Below, in pieces: positions 22,225 through 24,473 of a DNA stretch of 24,473 nucleotides. Numbering within the stretch: the stretch's first letter is position 1; each line of letters starts with the position of its first letter. Under the pieces are notes generated by a model. The model was not told the DNA's origin. It searched no databases and worked only from the letters and a program-made list of their open reading frames with translations. A program made the position numbers and the translations under genes. Origin of the DNA: a virus (Duplodnaviria > Caudoviricetes); the IMG/VR virus record IMGVR_UViG_3300043442_001338, positions 1 through 24,473 of that record, one strand, 5' to 3'.

Positions 22225-22891
22225 TCTCGCCACTTTTGCGGAGACAGTCCTCTCTGCTCGCATGGACGCCGAATGGTCTTATGACCGAAAAAGCGGCCGG
22301 TATCGAGACGAAAAGGGGCGATTCTTAAGTAAAGAAGCCATTGAAAAGCTTGTTGACAGGCGGATTGATAAGCTGGAAGCAAGCCTGCGGCGCTATACGC
22401 GCATGTTGATCGATGGAGCCATTACGCTTGACCAATGGCAAGGGAGTGTCCGCGAATCGCTTAAGGGTGCTCATATTCAGACAGCAATTATTGGCTATGG
22501 CGGTCGAGCCGGCATGGGCAGTGCGGAATATGGTCGCATCGGCCAGCGGCTTCGTGAAGAATATGCTTATCTCCAAGGTTTTGCCGCCGATTTGCTTGGC
22601 AATCGCATTTCTGCTCCCATGGCTTTGGCTCGCATTGGCCTATATGCTCAAAGCGTTCGCGGATCTTACTGGCAAGGAGCTGAGCTTCGACAGCAGCAAC
22701 AAGGATATGGTCTCATGAGACGCATTTTGGACAGCCAGGCCCAGCACTGTGCAGATTGCCTTCGATATGCAGCCCAAGGAATGGTCTCCATTGGCACCCT
22801 TCCTTTGCCTGGGCAGCGCTGTGAATGCGGAGCCAGATGTCGTTGTTCAGTGCGTTATTTCAAGCAGCAGCCAGCAACGGTGCCTGTTTGA
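22214..22891 (+). CDS. head morphogenesis protein (Mu gpF / SPP1 gp7-like)
   Basis: Directly after the portal; RRIL.....HCADC...PLPG..CEC..RCRC C-terminus. Confidence 0.75.
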   Translation: MLNDLATFAETVLSARMDAEWSYDRKSGRYRDEKGRFLSKEAIEKLVDRRIDKLEASLRRYTRMLIDGAITLDQWQGSVRESLKGAHIQTAIIGYGGRAGMGSAEYGRIGQRLREEYAYLQGFAADLLGNRISAPMALARIGLYAQSVRGSYWQGAELRQQQQGYGLMRRILDSQAQHCADCLRYAAQGMVSIGTLPLPGQRCECGARCRCSVRYFKQQPATVPV

Positions 22892-22928
22892 TTTTTGCTA
22901 TTAGGATTTGGCGAGATTCGTTGTTCTT

Positions 22929-24152
22929 GTGGCAAAAATTCTGTATTGCGGGGACGTAGGGGTCCAAACTGGTTTCGGGCGTGTTGCTGAATACTTGATT
23001 CCAGCGCTTGCCAAGGATCATGAAGTGCATGCACTATCGGTGAATTGGCATGGCGACCCCAATGACATGCAGGAGCATTGCAAAATGTATCCTGCCATGG
23101 CATACGGTTCCGACCCATTCGGGGCTCATCGCATTGGAGAACTGGTGCAGGTTATCAAGCCAGATCTTGTGTTTGTCGTCAATGACATTTGGGTGGCGAT
23201 AAGTTTGATGGACAAGATTGAGCCATTCAAGGAAAGCATTGGCTTCAAAACTTGTATTTACACTCCCATTGATTCTTACGGCCTATTTCCGGAACTTCTT
23301 TCTGCCGTTAAAAAGTGGGACACTCTCATTACTTACACGCAGTTTGCCAAGGAGGAAGTGGAGAAGATTGGCTATGACAAGCCAATTCACACTGTTGGGC
23401 ATGGCACAAACTTTGACCATTTCTTCCCCATAGACAAACTGGAGTGCCGCAAGGCGCTTGGCGTGCCAGAAGATGTGTTCATTGTCTTCAATGGAAACAG
23501 AAATCAACCTCGCAAACGCATCGACCTGACCATCAAGGGCTTTATTCGCTTCGCCAAGGACAAGCCCGATGCAAGGTTATGGCTCAACATGGGCAGCAAG
23601 GACATGGGATGGGAGCTGGTTCCTTTGTTCAAGAGAGTGGCAAGGGACGAGGGCTACGATCCCACTGGGAAGCTCATCTTGACGAGCCCGCAGTTCTCCA
23701 CCCATAATTGCCTTCCCATTGAGCAGCTCAATAAGGTATACAACGCTTGTGACGTGGGCGTTAACACTTGCATTGGCGAAGGGTGGGGGCTTGTCAATTC
23801 AGAACACGCTGCTACCGGCATAGCTCAAGTGGTGCCTGACCATACAAGCCTCAAGGAGATCTTTAATGGCGTTCGTCGCATTCCAATTGAAAGCTGGGAA
23901 ACAGACCGAAACTATGGACTAGAGAGGGGCCAGCCATCGCCCGAAGGCCTGGCCGATATTCTTGATCATTACTACCGGAACCGAGAAGAGCTGCAAATGG
24001 CCGGTGAGTGGTGTTACAAGCGCATTCACGAAAAGCCGTTCACCTGGCCTTTTGTGCAGAAACAAATGCTAAAGATCATTGACGACACCTTGAACAAGCA
24101 AAGCGATCCTGTAGAGTTCAAAGGCTTTGGCACTCCCGCTCGCATTGCTTGA
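22929..24152 (+). CDS. GT-B (family 4-like) glycosyltransferase
   Basis: TGFGRV, NRNQPRKRID, GEGWGLVNSEHAATG (E-x7-E) motifs; GTG start at 22929. Confidence 0.88.
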   Translation: MAKILYCGDVGVQTGFGRVAEYLIPALAKDHEVHALSVNWHGDPNDMQEHCKMYPAMAYGSDPFGAHRIGELVQVIKPDLVFVVNDIWVAISLMDKIEPFKESIGFKTCIYTPIDSYGLFPELLSAVKKWDTLITYTQFAKEEVEKIGYDKPIHTVGHGTNFDHFFPIDKLECRKALGVPEDVFIVFNGNRNQPRKRIDLTIKGFIRFAKDKPDARLWLNMGSKDMGWELVPLFKRVARDEGYDPTGKLILTSPQFSTHNCLPIEQLNKVYNACDVGVNTCIGEGWGLVNSEHAATGIAQVVPDHTSLKEIFNGVRRIPIESWETDRNYGLERGQPSPEGLADILDHYYRNREELQMAGEWCYKRIHEKPFTWPFVQKQMLKIIDDTLNKQSDPVEFKGFGTPARIA

Positions 24153-24154
24153 CC

Positions 24155-24473
24155 ATGGAAATCTCTCAAGTCTTTTTGAGCGACGCCGGCGATGAGCTTT
24201 CGCCGTTTCTCCAATATGCCACTGGCACTGTTAAGGCTGCGTTTCCTGGCGCTAACCACACCATCTACTCAAAAGAAAGCTTGAGACAGTTCATAGCCGA
24301 CAACTATGACACTGAAGTGCTCTGGGCTTACGACACGCTTCGTCCTTATTCGTACAAGGCAGACCTTGGGCGTTTTTGCTTGCTGAACAAGCTTGGCGGA
24401 TGGTACATGGATATTGCCATCAGAATGGTAAATCCAGTGGAGATCGGCCCTCGCATTAAGATGCTTGCCTTTC
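24155..24473 (+). CDS. GT32/OCH1-like glycosyltransferase (truncated by window end)
   Basis: Hand-translated MEISQVFL...AYDTLRPYSYKADLGRFCLLNKLGGWYMDI. Confidence 0.75.
   Translation, partial: MEISQVFLSDAGDELSPFLQYATGTVKAAFPGANHTIYSKESLRQFIADNYDTEVLWAYDTLRPYSYKADLGRFCLLNKLGGWYMDIAIRMVNPVEIGPRIKMLAF

Overview
Fragment of a tailed dsDNA phage, very probably a cyanophage of Synechococcus/Cyanobium-type picocyanobacteria. The host call is an inference from the short 'cyano-SP'-type class I ribonucleotide reductase, a glutamine-II riboswitch with DUF4278-like peptides, an NtcA box and TTTTCCACA DnaA boxes. Layout: 0.1-5.3 kb small genes, a possible small terminase, a structured ncRNA candidate, an RlpA-like gene and a ParB/DGQHR-like cassette. 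5.3-9.0 kb is a string of small early-type genes, several behind a repeated promoter module (HLR1/RpaB-like direct repeat, GC hairpin, TATTGT -10, GCGA-loop leader hairpin). 9.0-11.7 kb is a repeat-rich, mostly non-coding zone with a Gp88-like Cys-rich gene and five tandem DnaA boxes (candidate origin or genome end). 11.7-17.0 kb holds nrdA/nrdB, a second structured RNA, an atypical tRNA and a metallophosphoesterase. 17.0-17.65 kb is a nitrogen-sensing micro-module plus a third structured RNA ending in a tRNA-like domain. 18.2-24.5 kb holds terL (minus strand), a PD-(D/E)XK-like nuclease, a DUF1073-type portal with a fused extra domain, a Mu-F-like head protein and two glycosyltransferases. 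The best novelty candidates are the NtcA/glutamine-riboswitch peptide pair, the RpaB-like early promoters, the DnaA-box array and the three unassigned ncRNAs. All family calls and RNA folds were made by eye; no searches or folding programs were run.
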